Below, in pieces: positions 43,225 through 54,535 of a stretch of DNA of 64,000 bases. The stretch covers positions 384,001 through 448,000 of the forward strand of contig CAWBAT010000006.1 in NCBI GenBank assembly GCA_963786955.1. The letters run 5' to 3'. The stretch comes from an uncultured Acidimicrobiia bacterium. GTDB taxonomy: Bacteria > Acidobacteriota > Terriglobia > Versatilivoradales > Versatilivoraceae. The notes under the pieces are model-generated. The model made no database searches. It saw only the letters and a program-made list of their open reading frames with translations, and had not been told where the DNA came from. The stretch's first letter is position 1, and each line of letters opens with the position of its first letter. Both the position numbers and the translations under genes were made by a program.

Positions 43225-44237
43225 TTAGGCCGTTGCCAGGTTGGGAGCCGATTTCTCCAACTGCAAAGCATCATCAAGAGCGTGAATGGCAATCTCCAGC
43301 TGGCTATCGTCGGGTTCCTTGGTCGTCACCCTCTGGAGCCATAGCCCGGGCAAGGTCAGCAGACTGAGAACAGGACTCTTATGATAAGCTGCAAAACGAA
43401 TGATCTCGTAAGAGATTCCGGCGATGAATGGAATCAAAATAACTCGCGATAGCAATTTGGGCAGGAATGAGTCAAACGGAATAAACGCATACACCAGCGT
43501 ACTGATCAACATAACCACCATCAAGAAGCTCGTTCCACAACGCGGATGCAAGGTGGAAAACTTCTTGGCATTCGATACCAAGAGGGGCTCATGAGATTCA
43601 AAAGTAAAAACTACTTTATGCTCTGCGCCGTGGTATTCAAACATTCTGCGAATATCGCGGAGACGAGAAACCAGAAAGATGTAGAGAAGAAAGACTCCCA
43701 TCCGGATCAAACCATCGACCAAACTAAATACGAAACGGTTGTCCAGGCTCGTGAGACGAATTTTCAACCAACTGGTCAGGAGGAGTGGGAGCACCTTGAA
43801 AAGAAGAATAAAAAATCCTAATGCGATCAAGATGTTTACGGTCATCAGCCAATTTGATATTTCGCGTCCTGCCTTCTGAGAGCTCTGCCGGTTCCCCGCT
43901 CTCCTGGGGAGGTTCGAAGCTGGATAGAATTTGTTCCGAAGAAAATTTTAGAGCACGAATCCCTAATGTAAAGGCTTGTCCCAATACCGAAACTCCTCGG
44001 ATGACTGGGTAGCCCCAGATCGATTTTCGGTCTGGGGGTCGGTTGTAACAGATCCCTCTTGACGACAATAGAACCATCCGGCTTCCTCACCGCAATCGAA
44101 TAGGAACGCGGGGAGCGCATCATCACACCTTCGAAAACGGCCTGCCCTCCGACGAGCACATCTTCGCCGGCATTCAAAAGAAATATCGTGAAGTTCGCAA
44201 TCCAAAGCTTCGCATTCCAAATTGCACGCAATAACAT
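43225..44237 (-). CDS. DUF1385 family membrane protein (frameshifted)
   Basis: [37 protein letters not shown]. Confidence 0.9.
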
Positions 44238-44314
44238 ATCGTAAATCCAGTTTCTCCTCAGAGATTTGTGCTGTTGAACCCCGTCGAACCGAAAAAGACA
44301 GAAAAACCGGCTAA

Positions 44315-44535
44315 CTAAATAGTGGGTTGTTTTATCTTTGGGCCGTACTTCTTGTTGAAACGCTCAACACGACCCGCAGTGTCGATCAATTTTTGTTTGC
44401 CTGTAAAGAAAGGATGGCACTTGGAGCAGATTTCCAGACGGATGTCCGTGCCTTTTGCCGAGCGAGTTTTAAAATTTCTCCACAAGCACAAGATACGGTC
44501 ACTTCTACATATTTTGGATGGATGGTTGCTTTCAT
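44315..44535 (-). CDS. rpmE: 50S ribosomal protein L31, Cys-containing type (frameshifted)
   Basis: [35 protein letters not shown]. Confidence 0.93.
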
Positions 44536-44586
44536 TAGCCTTAACCTCTAGGAGTAATCCCGCTTGAAATACTTCAAAACCTTGCA

Positions 44587-44615
44587 ATTATATGATCAGT
44601 CGATCATACTGGCAA
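44587..44615 (-). promoter_or_regulatory. Sigma70-type promoter for the rpmE operon
   Basis: Minus-strand TTGCCA-N17-TATAAT. Confidence 0.7.
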
Positions 44616-44634
44616 GGACAAAGTAGAGCCAGCA

Positions 44635-44801
44635 GTAATGAGTTAGTTATGGGGGAAATCTGCAAGGGCAAGGCATTCGGTGACGATTTGAGATTGTCGC
44701 TTCTGTAGCGGCTGAGTGGGTAGAGACGGACCGCCGGGCCGTCCGCGGCGCGCTCGGCGAGCGCGCCCTACCAGAAATTCCCCCGATAACTAACGCATAA
44801 C
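44635..44801 (+). mobile_element. MITE copy 2 (167 bp)
   Basis: GTAATGAGTTAGTTA...TAACTAACGCATAAC; flanks AGCCAGCA/AGACAGCA (7/8 TSD). Confidence 0.9.
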
Positions 44802-45103
44802 AGACAGCAGCTCGCTCAGAATAAGGCTAGCAAATTAAATTAGTTATTGAGAATCTCCACGAATCCTTGGACACCCTTTTCCCCTGAAGTTAGAGCCTCG
44901 AAGAACAAGGGCTGATGGTGTGGGGGCGGGAGATCGCATGAAGAGCTGACCGCTGTACTGAAAACTCATAGGGATTGTAATCTCCCATAGAATATAATGA
45001 TTTCCGGCAAATTTCCGATTTAAAAAGTACTCGGCACCTCCTCTTCGGCGTTGCGCTGCAGGAGAACGGCAGAGAGTCTATACTCACAAAGATAATCGCT
45101 CCT

Positions 45104-46006
45104 ATGAACAAACGACAATCAACTCTTTTAGCTTGGGCCATCGCAGGCGGAGGAGTGTTTGTCCTGTTTGTTGTCACTCTGTTCGCGCTTGTGCTTTATA
45201 CCGTGCGCGATGATGGTGACGCGTTCAGTTTTGGAGACAACAAGATTGGGGTCGTGGAACTCAGTGGTGTTATTCTGGAATCTAGAAGCTTGATTGAGCA
45301 ATTGCAGCGATTTGCTGAAAATTCTTCAATTCGAGCCATCATCCTGCGGATTGACAGTCCCGGCGGTGGAGTTGCGGCATCTCAAGAGATATTCAATGAG
45401 GTTCTTCGGTTGCGAAAGGTGAAGAAGAAAATCATCGTTTCTTCGATGGCATCTGTTGGAGCTTCCGGTGCTTATTACATTGCCTGCGGGACAGACAAAA
45501 TCATCGCGAACCCTGGGACCGTGACCGGAAGCATTGGCGTCATTGCCGAGTGGATCAATTACGGTGAGCTCATGAAGTGGGCCAAGCTGAAGAGTATTGT
45601 CTTTAAAAGTGGAGAACTTAAGGATGCCCCTTCTCCCGTTCGGGAGCTTACCTTGACAGAAAAAAAATATTTGCAAAATATCATTGATGATATGTACATT
45701 CAATTCGTTACAGCGGTTGCCGAAGGCAGAAGATTAGATGTCGAGCAGGTGCGTGGGCTGGCCGACGGGCGCGTTTTTACGGGCAAAGATGCGAAGGCTA
45801 AGAATTTGATTGATGAACTGGGCGGTCTAGAGGAAGCGGTCGAAATCACCTCTAAGTTGGCCCAGATCAGTGGGGAACCCAAGCTTGTCTATCCTTCGAA
45901 ACCCAAAAAGGGATTGCTCGGCCTCTTGTTTGACGATGCGTCGGGGGTTCTCCCGTTGAATTCGGCTCTCGACAGCCGAATTCAGTTTTCTTATGTTTGG
46001 AAGTAA
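45104..46006 (+). CDS. sppA: Signal peptide peptidase SppA (36K type)
   Basis: IDSPGG, ASGAYY, TGSIGV, KSGELKD, DGRVFTG. Confidence 0.94.
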   Translation: MNKRQSTLLAWAIAGGGVFVLFVVTLFALVLYTVRDDGDAFSFGDNKIGVVELSGVILESRSLIEQLQRFAENSSIRAIILRIDSPGGGVAASQEIFNEVLRLRKVKKKIIVSSMASVGASGAYYIACGTDKIIANPGTVTGSIGVIAEWINYGELMKWAKLKSIVFKSGELKDAPSPVRELTLTEKKYLQNIIDDMYIQFVTAVAEGRRLDVEQVRGLADGRVFTGKDAKAKNLIDELGGLEEAVEITSKLAQISGEPKLVYPSKPKKGLLGLLFDDASGVLPLNSALDSRIQFSYVWK

Positions 46007-46113
46007 AGCTTCGCCGTCTGGAAAAAAGAGCTGGGACTATTCTCAAACTCAAACATTTTTGAAATGCAGGATCCCGGGTTTTCTGATTTCTGAAAACGAT
46101 TCAAGGAGAAAAT

Positions 46114-46395
46114 ATGACCAAGGCAGACCTGATTGATGAAGTCTCAAAGGTGACTGAACTGAGTCGCAAAGACTCGGAAGTGATTGTCGAAACGCTCTTC
46201 GACAGTATAATCAAGGCGCTGCGAAATGGCGACAAACTGGAAGTTCGCGGCTTTGGGAGTTTCAGGATTCGCGAGCGGAAAGCCCGACAGGGACGGAATC
46301 CGAAAACGGGGGAGAAAGTCAGCGTTCCTGAGAAGAAAGTCCCTTACTTCAAACCCAGTAAAGAACTGAAGGACCTCATTAATAGCGTCAGCTAG
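46114..46395 (+). CDS. HU/IHF family DNA-binding protein (IHF-beta-like)
   Basis: MTKADL, EVRGFGSF, GRNPKTGE, FKPSKELK. Confidence 0.95.
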   Translation: MTKADLIDEVSKVTELSRKDSEVIVETLFDSIIKALRNGDKLEVRGFGSFRIRERKARQGRNPKTGEKVSVPEKKVPYFKPSKELKDLINSVS

Positions 46396-46396
46396 C

Positions 46397-46924
46397 ATGG
46401 ACTATTTATGGACTCCCTGGAGATACCAGTATATCGCGAACATTAAGAACTTCGATCGCTGTGTCTTTTGTCTCGGTCATGCAGGGGAAGATGACGAAAG
46501 AGACTTTGTTCTCTATCGAGGGGAATTTAATTTCGTCATTTTAAATATTTATCCTTACACGAGCGGGCATCTTCTGGTTGCTCCTTATAGACATGTGGCC
46601 GACATTTCTCATTGTGCAGCCGAAGTGTGCTCGGAAATGATGAACCTGGCAAAATTGTGCAAACGTGCCATTCAAGAGGTCTATCAACCCAACGGCTTTA
46701 ACATAGGTATGAATTTGGGAAATGTGCTGGTGCGGGAGTTGAACATCATTTGCACCTGCACATTGTTCCCCGCTGGATTGCCGATGCGAACTTCATGACG
46801 ATCACCGGTGAAACACGCAGTCTTACCCGACACGATGGAAGGCACCTTCCTGAAATTGAGAGCCCTACTTCCCCACGATTTAAAACTCTCCGCTTTGGCA
46901 ATTACCCATCCGACAATTGAATGA
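46397..46924 (+). CDS. HIT family protein (Ap4A hydrolase-like), frameshifted; end approximate
   Basis: [27 protein letters not shown], then [10 protein letters not shown] in the shifted frame. Confidence 0.88.
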
Positions 46925-47205
46925 TCGGATTCTTATCCCTAAGATTACCCTCGATTGACCTCAACTAAAGATTCTTTCAAATAAACCGATCTATATGAAC
47001 TTAGGGACTGCCATACCAGGAGATTGGTACGCCAAAGCTGATCTCAGGGACTGTCCTTCGGAGATTTTCCTGAAGCCCTTCCTGAAGGACATGGAATTGT
47101 TCTAGTCATTACTATTTTGTACTTCTTTGTTGATTGCAATTTTCAAAAGTTGCAAGTTTTCGTTCGGATTAAGCACATTTTTGTAACACACCAGTTAAAT
47201 TTTCC

Positions 47206-48334
47206 ATGTTTTATACGGTTCCGGAAAAAGATTTCGGGTTAAAGATCCTACAACAGCCTCCGTTGCGGCATTTTGTCCATTGATCGGGAGAACAACATCA
47301 CTGCCGATCAACGAAATTGCTATTCGGATACTAGAACTTGAGAATCGGGATTATGTTGGAGCAAGATGTTCGTGAGGTACTGAAGAATCAGACAGTTTTT
47401 TCTGCAATTACTCAGTGGCGCCTATCAGATGAAGAATCTTCCGAGCCGTGCAGAGATGGAGATCCGTTTAAGCGAAGGAGCCAGTCGGACCGTAGGGTAT
47501 ACAATTTCATTTATTAAGGGTGAGGACGGCGATATTGGCGGAATTTCTTTGTTTTTCAAAGATTTAACATTAGTCGAACAGCTGAATGAGCAAGAGAAAC
47601 TAAAAGACCGTCTTGCGGCACTTGGTCAAATGGCCGCTGGACTCGCACATGAAATCCGAAATCCTCTTGCCGCCATCGAACTCACCGCAAGTCTGATCAA
47701 ACGAGAGATTGAGCGGCCACTCGAACCACACAACCCAATTCGAATCAATCCAATCTGAGGTCAGAAAGCTCAATAAGATTGTGACAGATTGCCTGGAGTT
47801 TGTTCGACCAGTCAAGATCAGCCAGGAAAAAGTCAATTTGGTGTCTTTGTTGGACGAAAGCATCCTCATTGCATTGTCAACAATCGATAAAAAGGAAATT
47901 GGATTGCAGAAGAACTTCCTGCCCACTCCTCCGGTCTCTGTTGATTATAACCAGATGAAACAGGTAGTCGTCAATATCCTGGTCAATGCCTTGCAAGTCG
48001 TTAAAGGATCATGGAAGCATTGAGATATCCTGTGGCCCGTCTTCATGCTTTCAGAGAAATGCCGCTTATGGAAATGGAAAATTTTCCGATATGAATTTAG
48101 GAAGGCAACTCAGCATGTCCTCATACGCTTGGATAAAAGTGGCCGACAATGGTCTAGGGAATTCCCGAAGATGTTTTGAGTAAGATTTTCTATCCATTTT
48201 TCACTACCAAGGAAAAAGGATCCGGGATTGGCTTGGCAATTGCGCAGAAGATTGTCGAAAGCCACCATGGGAGTATCGATGTTGAAAGTAAACCTGGCGT
48301 AGGGACAACGTTTACTCTAAAGCTCCCATTGTAG
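47206..48334 (+). CDS. PAS-domain NtrB-type histidine kinase (multiple frameshifts)
   Basis: [32 protein letters not shown]. Confidence 0.87.
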
Positions 48335-48397
48335 TCAAGGGAGTGAACAAGTGAGTTCTTACAGAAATCAAACGGATTCCGATAAAGTAATTGACAC

Positions 48398-49783
48398 ATG
48401 GGGAAAATCTTAGTCGTTGAAGACAACGATGTGCTCCGGGCAAGCGTGATGCAAGCCCTGCAGGAGAATAGTCATATCGTGTGTGAAGTCCGCGATGGTG
48501 AGGAGGCCATGGAGCGCCTTCAGGAAGAAAGCTACGACGTAGTCCTCACCGATATGAGGATGCCCAAGAAAAGCGGGATGGAAGTCCTTAAGTTTGCTAA
48601 GAACATCAACGATCTGACGGTTGTGATCGTCATGACGGCCTTTGGAACAATCGAAAGTGCTGTAGAGGCGATGAAGAACGGCGCTTATGATTATATTCAG
48701 AAACCTTTCGAACTGGAGGAATTGGAAGTCAAGATAACTCGCGCCCTGGATCACCGTCGAGATAGCACGGTCCTGCAAATTCTAAGAAGCCAATCGGGAG
48801 TTTCCCTTGAGCACAACAATATCGTCGGCCACAGCATCCAAATCAAAAAGATTCTGGACATCGTCAGGAAGATTGCAAAAAGCAATGCATCCGTTCTCAT
48901 TACAGGCGAAACGGGGACAGGAAAAGAACTCATTGCGGCTTTGATTCATTACAACAGTCCTCGATCGAAACAGAGCTTTGTGAAGGTCAATTGTGCCGCG
49001 CTGCAGGAAAATTTGCTTGAAAGCGAATTGTTTGGGCATGAAAAGGGGGCATTTACAGGAGCGGAACGCCAACGGATCGGGCGCTTCGAACAGGCTAGCG
49101 GAGGAACTCTTTTCCTCGACGAAATTGGTGACATGAGCCCCAGCACCCAAGCCAAGGTCCTCCGCGTTCTCCAAGAACAGGAATTTGAGAGACTGGGCGG
49201 GATGAAGACCATCAAGGTCGACGTGAGAATTATCGCGGCCACAAACAAGAACATTCACGAGGCCATCGCCAAAGGGCATTTTCGCGAAGATTTGTTCTAT
49301 CGTCTGAACACCGTATCGATCGAAACGCCAGCCCTTCGAGAACGCAAAGAGGATATCCTCCCCCTCGCCAATTTCTTCGCCAAGAAGTACAACGAAGAGC
49401 TGAAAAAAAATGTATCCGGATTTACGCCACCGGCTGTGAAGTACCTGACTCGCCACAATTGGCCGGGAAATATCCGTGAGCTTCAAAACGCCATAGAACG
49501 AGCTGTTTTGATGGCTGAGGCAAATCTGATCGGTATTGAAGATCTCACACTCAATACTAATCATGCCGACCCTTCCTCAACCGAGGCTCTTGGGATTAAG
49601 ATCCCTCCCACGGGAATCCGCTTGGATGATCTCGAACGCAGCACAATCATCGAGGCACTAAAAATGACTAACTGGGTCCAAAAAGATGCCGCAGAACTGC
49701 TTGGCGTCAGCCGGCGGGTCCTGAACTATAAGGTGAAGATTCACAACATCACCCACGATCGTTGGCGTCGCCGGGTCAGCTAA
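48398..49783 (+). CDS. Sigma-54-dependent NtrC-family response regulator
   Basis: Receiver, GETGTGKE, ESELFGHEKGAFTGA, WPGNIREL, Fis-type HTH. Confidence 0.96.
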   Translation: MGKILVVEDNDVLRASVMQALQENSHIVCEVRDGEEAMERLQEESYDVVLTDMRMPKKSGMEVLKFAKNINDLTVVIVMTAFGTIESAVEAMKNGAYDYIQKPFELEELEVKITRALDHRRDSTVLQILRSQSGVSLEHNNIVGHSIQIKKILDIVRKIAKSNASVLITGETGTGKELIAALIHYNSPRSKQSFVKVNCAALQENLLESELFGHEKGAFTGAERQRIGRFEQASGGTLFLDEIGDMSPSTQAKVLRVLQEQEFERLGGMKTIKVDVRIIAATNKNIHEAIAKGHFREDLFYRLNTVSIETPALRERKEDILPLANFFAKKYNEELKKNVSGFTPPAVKYLTRHNWPGNIRELQNAIERAVLMAEANLIGIEDLTLNTNHADPSSTEALGIKIPPTGIRLDDLERSTIIEALKMTNWVQKDAAELLGVSRRVLNYKVKIHNITHDRWRRRVS

Positions 49784-50026
49784 CCTAGGACGCTTCCAGT
49801 CACCGCAGTCCGATAGTCCCAATCACTAAACTCCGGCAAACGGTTGAATTCCCGAGATCAGCAGGCAGGTTCTTCCGATCGCAAGTCTCCACCGATACCG
49901 TCCCCCACCCGTCGCTCTTTCACTCCCAAGTTGTCGAGAGCACTCAATTATGTCACGATTCTCATAGCTTAAGAGAGGTCCACCTAAAACATCCCACGGA
50001 ATCTAATTGCGAACTCTCGGCTCCAC

Positions 50027-51222
50027 ATGATTGCTGGAAATCAGCGAAAACTGTCGACTATTCTTGCCTTGAACTTCAACCTTCTCATTCTGCTCTCAGC
50101 CCTTGTGACCATGGGCTTTGCAGAAGAACTCTGGGTCCGTTTTTTCCCCAAGTACCTCGCCAGCATGGGCGCAGCCCTCTGGGCCATCGGCTTTTTTGAT
50201 GCCATAAAAACATCCATGGGTGCACTTTATGCTTACCCCGGGGGAATCGTTTCTGACCACTATGGAGATCGCAAGGCACTGCAAATATTCACTTTCGTTA
50301 CCCTGCTGGGCTATGGCTTGATCGTTTTTGGCACCAGCTGAACCACACTGATTGTATCTTCATTTTTTTTCCTTGCATGGAGCGGATTCTCCCTCCCGGT
50401 TATGTTTTCCATGGTGGGGCGAAGTCTCGTAGAAAACCAGCATGCCCGTGGTCTGGCTCTTCAAGCAACTTTAAAGCGTGTTCCAGTGATTCTGGGACCG
50501 CTTATTGGGGGAATCTTAATCGATCACTATGGCCTTCACGGGGGAATTAGAATCGGCGCCATGGTCGCGCTGATGTTGGGGGTCTTCACGCTTGGAGCGG
50601 AGCAAAAACTCCCCCAATCTCCGGCAGTCCATCCCGGTGAAACCATCCTGACACGGTTCTGTCCCATGAAATCGTTTCATCCGACACTCCGCCAGCTTTT
50701 GTATTCCGATATTCTGGTTCGCTTTTGTGAACGAATCCCTTATGCCTGGATTGTGATCTACTGCATGGATGACGTCCATGTGACGGCAACCCAATTCGGG
50801 TTGTTGACCGCAGTTGAAACGCTCGTTTCCATGCTTTGCCTTTTTCCAACCGCCTATTTATCTGATCAATACGGGCGCGAACCTTTTGTTGTAGCAACCT
50901 TCATTCTCTTTACCCTCTTCCCTCTCTCGATGCTGTACTCGCACAACTTCACGATGCTCGTGTTTGCATTTATCATTCGGGGGATTAAAGGAATTTGGCG
51001 ATTCGGCTAGAAAGTCGCAAATCATTAAATATTCTACTAAAGAAGACGCGGGGACAAACCGTGGGCGCTTACTACCTCATTCGGGACTCCGTGGTGACCG
51101 TGGGTTCATTCCTGGGTGCTTACTTATGGAAGATTAGCCCCGAAGCAAATTTCCTGGGCGCAGTCATAGCCGGGACTGGCGGGACTCTCTACTATGTTTG
51201 GTCATTGAAAAAGGCGTCATAA
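50027..51222 (+). CDS. MFS transporter (in-frame TGA at 50339, frameshift near 50990)
   Basis: GGIVSDHYGDR and LSDQYGRE motif-A repeats; multiple TM segments. Confidence 0.83.
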
Positions 51223-51371
51223 TCAAATAAGATCCAGGTTTGGTCGACAAGCAATCATGTCTGTGCGTTCCAACCCGAAGCGACACTCAATGGTCTTAAC
51301 CTTGCCCACAACAGCAAAGGGGCAAGGGTAATGTCAGAGATTTCTCTCTCGAGGGTGTTCATTCTTCCGTA

Positions 51372-52634
51372 ATGCCTAAAGAAACCATTTTCCAGCCGGA
51401 TGTCCAGGAGCAGATCAATGCGATGGGTGACACAGAGATCGTTGTGGGTCTCTGCACGCACAACCATTCTCGTACTGTGGGGCCTGTGTTGCATGCCATT
51501 CAGTCCGGTCTAGAGCACTACTATCCTGGAATAAAATTCCTGGTGGTTGTCTCAGATGGTGGCTCGACCGATGAGACCCTATCATCGGTCGTTGAGGCTA
51601 TTCCCGGTGAGAGGCTAATTCTCTTTTCGCACCCATTGCATCCGGCCTATCGAATCAACGTGCCTTACCATGGTCTACCCGGTAAAGCACATTGCCTGAG
51701 TGCGATTCTAGAGATAACCAAAGCTTTGGGTGCCGGAGCCTGCCTTCTGATCGACCCTGACGCCCAAACAGTCATCCCCGAATGGTTGAAACTAATGGTG
51801 GACCCAATATTCGAAGAAGGATTTGACTTTGTGGCCCCTTCCTACCAGCGTCATAAGTACGACGGGACTTTGACAAATAGCGTGATCTACCCTCTGACCC
51901 GTTCCCTGTATGGACAACGCATCCGTCAACCGATTGGATCGGACGTGGCATTTTCTCAGAGGATGGCTGTGGACTTCTTGAAGAAGGACCTTTGGCACAC
52001 TCAGTTGGTGTCCAATTGCCCGAGCCTTTGGATGACGACCGTCGCCATCGCAGAAGGATTTAAGGTTTGTCAATCCCTCCTGGGCCCAAAAACTCAAATA
52101 CCTAGACCGTACGGGGCCGACTTGAGTCATCTGCTGGCTCAAGTCCTGGGGGGTGTTTTTGACTTGATGGAGTCGTATCACACCGTGTGGAGTGAGATCA
52201 GAGGTTCAGAACCCTCTCCTGTTTTCGGGCTCCCCAAGGACTGTGGAGTTGAACCTGTTACCGTGAACACCGACCGAATGATTCAGGCATTTGATCAAGG
52301 GGTTGCGGATCTTTCAGGAATCTGGGAAGAGTTCTTATCTCAGGACCTGGTGAAAAGCCTTAAGAACCTGGCCTCCTTGCCTCTGGCGGATTTCCGTTTT
52401 CAAGATGAGATATGGGTAAGAACCGTTTTCGAGTTTGCGGCAGGTTATCATAATAGCCGCATGGATCGCACTCACCTCATCAAATCAATGACACCCCTTT
52501 ATCTGGGACGGACAGCCTCCTTCGTCATGGAAACTTCCCACTGTTCGGCAGCTGACGTAGAAAACCAGATTGAGTTATTGTGTCTGGAGTTTGAGAATTC
52601 GAAACCCTATCTTGTCGAGTGCTGGGGAAAATAA
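51372..52634 (+). CDS. GT-A fold glycosyltransferase, glucosylglycerate synthase-like
   Basis: SDGGSTD, PYHGLPGK, DPD, RHKYDGTLTN..YPLTR.LYG.RIRQPIG, PLYLGRTASF. Confidence 0.75.
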   Translation: MPKETIFQPDVQEQINAMGDTEIVVGLCTHNHSRTVGPVLHAIQSGLEHYYPGIKFLVVVSDGGSTDETLSSVVEAIPGERLILFSHPLHPAYRINVPYHGLPGKAHCLSAILEITKALGAGACLLIDPDAQTVIPEWLKLMVDPIFEEGFDFVAPSYQRHKYDGTLTNSVIYPLTRSLYGQRIRQPIGSDVAFSQRMAVDFLKKDLWHTQLVSNCPSLWMTTVAIAEGFKVCQSLLGPKTQIPRPYGADLSHLLAQVLGGVFDLMESYHTVWSEIRGSEPSPVFGLPKDCGVEPVTVNTDRMIQAFDQGVADLSGIWEEFLSQDLVKSLKNLASLPLADFRFQDEIWVRTVFEFAAGYHNSRMDRTHLIKSMTPLYLGRTASFVMETSHCSAADVENQIELLCLEFENSKPYLVECWGK

Positions 52635-52662
52635 TTGAGCGATTGCATCAGGAGGCCTGCAG

Positions 52663-53373
52663 ATGCGTGATTTCATCGAAAAGACATTCTTACTTCCGTT
52701 GCAAAACCTCTTCGACCGCCTGGTGTCACTTCTTCCTAGGTTGTTCGGGATGATTGTCCTCATTGCGCTCGGGCTTTTTCTGGGCTGGTTGGTATACAAA
52801 ACTGTGCGAAAGGCTTTACAAGCCATCAATTTCGACAAGTTTTGTCTTCAGATCGGTTTGTCTCAAGTGCTCGAAAAGGGAAATATTCGAAGATCCGTGT
52901 CAGAATTAGTCTCCGTTGGCATTTATTGGCTGATTGTCCTGAGCTTTTTTGTGATCGGCTTGCGCACTCTTGATGAGTCTTTGATGGCGGGCGTCTTCTC
53001 GCGTTTTTTTTCCTTTTTGCCCAACCTGATCGTCGCCTTGTTGATTCTTGTCTTAGGCTTTTTCTTCAGTAAGTTTATTGGACGAAGTATCTTGATCGGG
53101 GCCGTGAATGCCCGGATCCGCTCGGCCAGGCTACTTAGCATTAGCGTGGAACTGTTGATCTTGATCTTCACCCTGTCTTTGTCTCTGGAAGAATTGGAAA
53201 TCGGAAAATCCACCATCGTGGCTGCCTTTTCAATCCTTTTTGGAGGGATCGTCTTAGGATTGGCAATCGCATTTGGATTCGGCGGTCGCCGCCTGGCCCA
53301 GAATTTCCTGGAGAAGCGACTGGGGGTGAAAGAAGAACAGGAAGCAACCGAAAAACATCCTTCACACCTTTAA
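52663..53373 (+). CDS. CmpX/MscS-associated TM-helix membrane protein
   Basis: LPRLFGMIVL and FLPNLIVALLIL repeats; ALAFGLGG-like LAIAFGFGG. Confidence 0.8.
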   Translation: MRDFIEKTFLLPLQNLFDRLVSLLPRLFGMIVLIALGLFLGWLVYKTVRKALQAINFDKFCLQIGLSQVLEKGNIRRSVSELVSVGIYWLIVLSFFVIGLRTLDESLMAGVFSRFFSFLPNLIVALLILVLGFFFSKFIGRSILIGAVNARIRSARLLSISVELLILIFTLSLSLEELEIGKSTIVAAFSILFGGIVLGLAIAFGFGGRRLAQNFLEKRLGVKEEQEATEKHPSHL

Positions 53374-53376
53374 CTC

Positions 53377-54532
53377 ATGAAACGCGCCCTGAGAATCCTG
53401 GTGGCTCCCAATGCTTTTAAAGAGAGCCTTACTGCAGCCGAGGCAGCACACTGCATTTCCGCTGGAATCCGACGCGGCTTGCCAAATGCCCGGATTGTCG
53501 AACTTCCCATTGCAGATGGCGGGGACGGGACTCTAGAAGTCGTCATCAATGGCACCGGAGGAAGAATCTGCCGGAGCCAAGTGTTGGATCCTCTGGGGCG
53601 AAAAAGGATCGCAGCCTATGGCATCACGGGGAACGGGAAAACCGCGATTATTGAAATGTCCCGGGCATCCGGCCTGGCCCTGGTACCGCCTTCCCAGAGA
53701 AATCCATGGGTCACAACCAGCTTTGGGACAGGCCAGTTAATCTTAGCCGCGCTTCGACATAAGGTCGAGGAGATTATCCTGGCCATTGGAGGAAGTGCCA
53801 CGGTGGACGGCGGTCTCGGAGCTCTTCAGGCCCTCGGGGCGGATTTCCGAGATCGCCGCGGTCGTGCAGTCTGCTTCGGCGGCCAAGGACTCTTACAGCT
53901 TCAATCCATTCAGCTAGAACGACTCCACCCTGCCTTAAGCCAGACGCGACTGCTGGTTGCTTGTGACGTCGATAATCCTTTGGTGGGTCCTCGTGGGGCC
54001 GCTGCGGTATTTGGCCCCCAAAAAGGAGCTACTCCGCTAATGGTGAAGCGACTCGATCATGGATTGGCACGGCTCGCAAAAAAGATATCCGAATCAAGAA
54101 AAGTCAATATTTCTTCAATTCCCGGCGCGGGAGCAGCGGGAGGAATATCCGGGAGCTTTCTTGGTTTACTGGGCGCTCAACTTCGGCCAGGAAGTGATCT
54201 GATTTTCAGACTTCTCAAGATCGACCAGATGATTCGGCAGGTGGACCTCATCATTACGGGTGAAGGGAGCATCGATTTTCAGACCCCTTCAGGGAAAGGT
54301 CCCGGAATGTTTGGCAAAATGGGCTCAGTCAGCTTAATCTTCCGGTCGTTGCTCTTGCAGGTTCCGTCACAAACGAACGGGGGTTTCTGCATCGGCATGG
54401 ATTCTCGGCCCTGTTCAGCGTCGTTCAGGGACCCTATCGACCTTCCGTCTGCCAAACGGCAAAGTGCTCGCTTACTTCAGGAGAAGGCGGAAGAGGTGGC
54501 CCGACTTAATCCAGGCGACAAGGAGCCTTTAA
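53377..54532 (+). CDS. Glycerate kinase (GlxK/GarK family), 3' frameshifts
   Basis: APNAFKESL, PIADGGDG, GGSATVDGG, VFGPQKGA, GAGAAGG, TGEG. Confidence 0.92.
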
Positions 54533-54535
54533 CCC

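Noticed and set aside
47024-47040. Sigma-54 promoter TGGTACG... upstream of the NtrB/NtrC pair
   Set aside because: The GG-to-GC spacing is 9 rather than 10 nt and TTGC is absent.
50339-50341. In-frame TGA in the MFS transporter as a second selenocysteine
   Set aside because: No redox motif and no SECIS-like hairpin. TGG-to-TGA error or a nonsense mutation in the error-prone zone is more likely.
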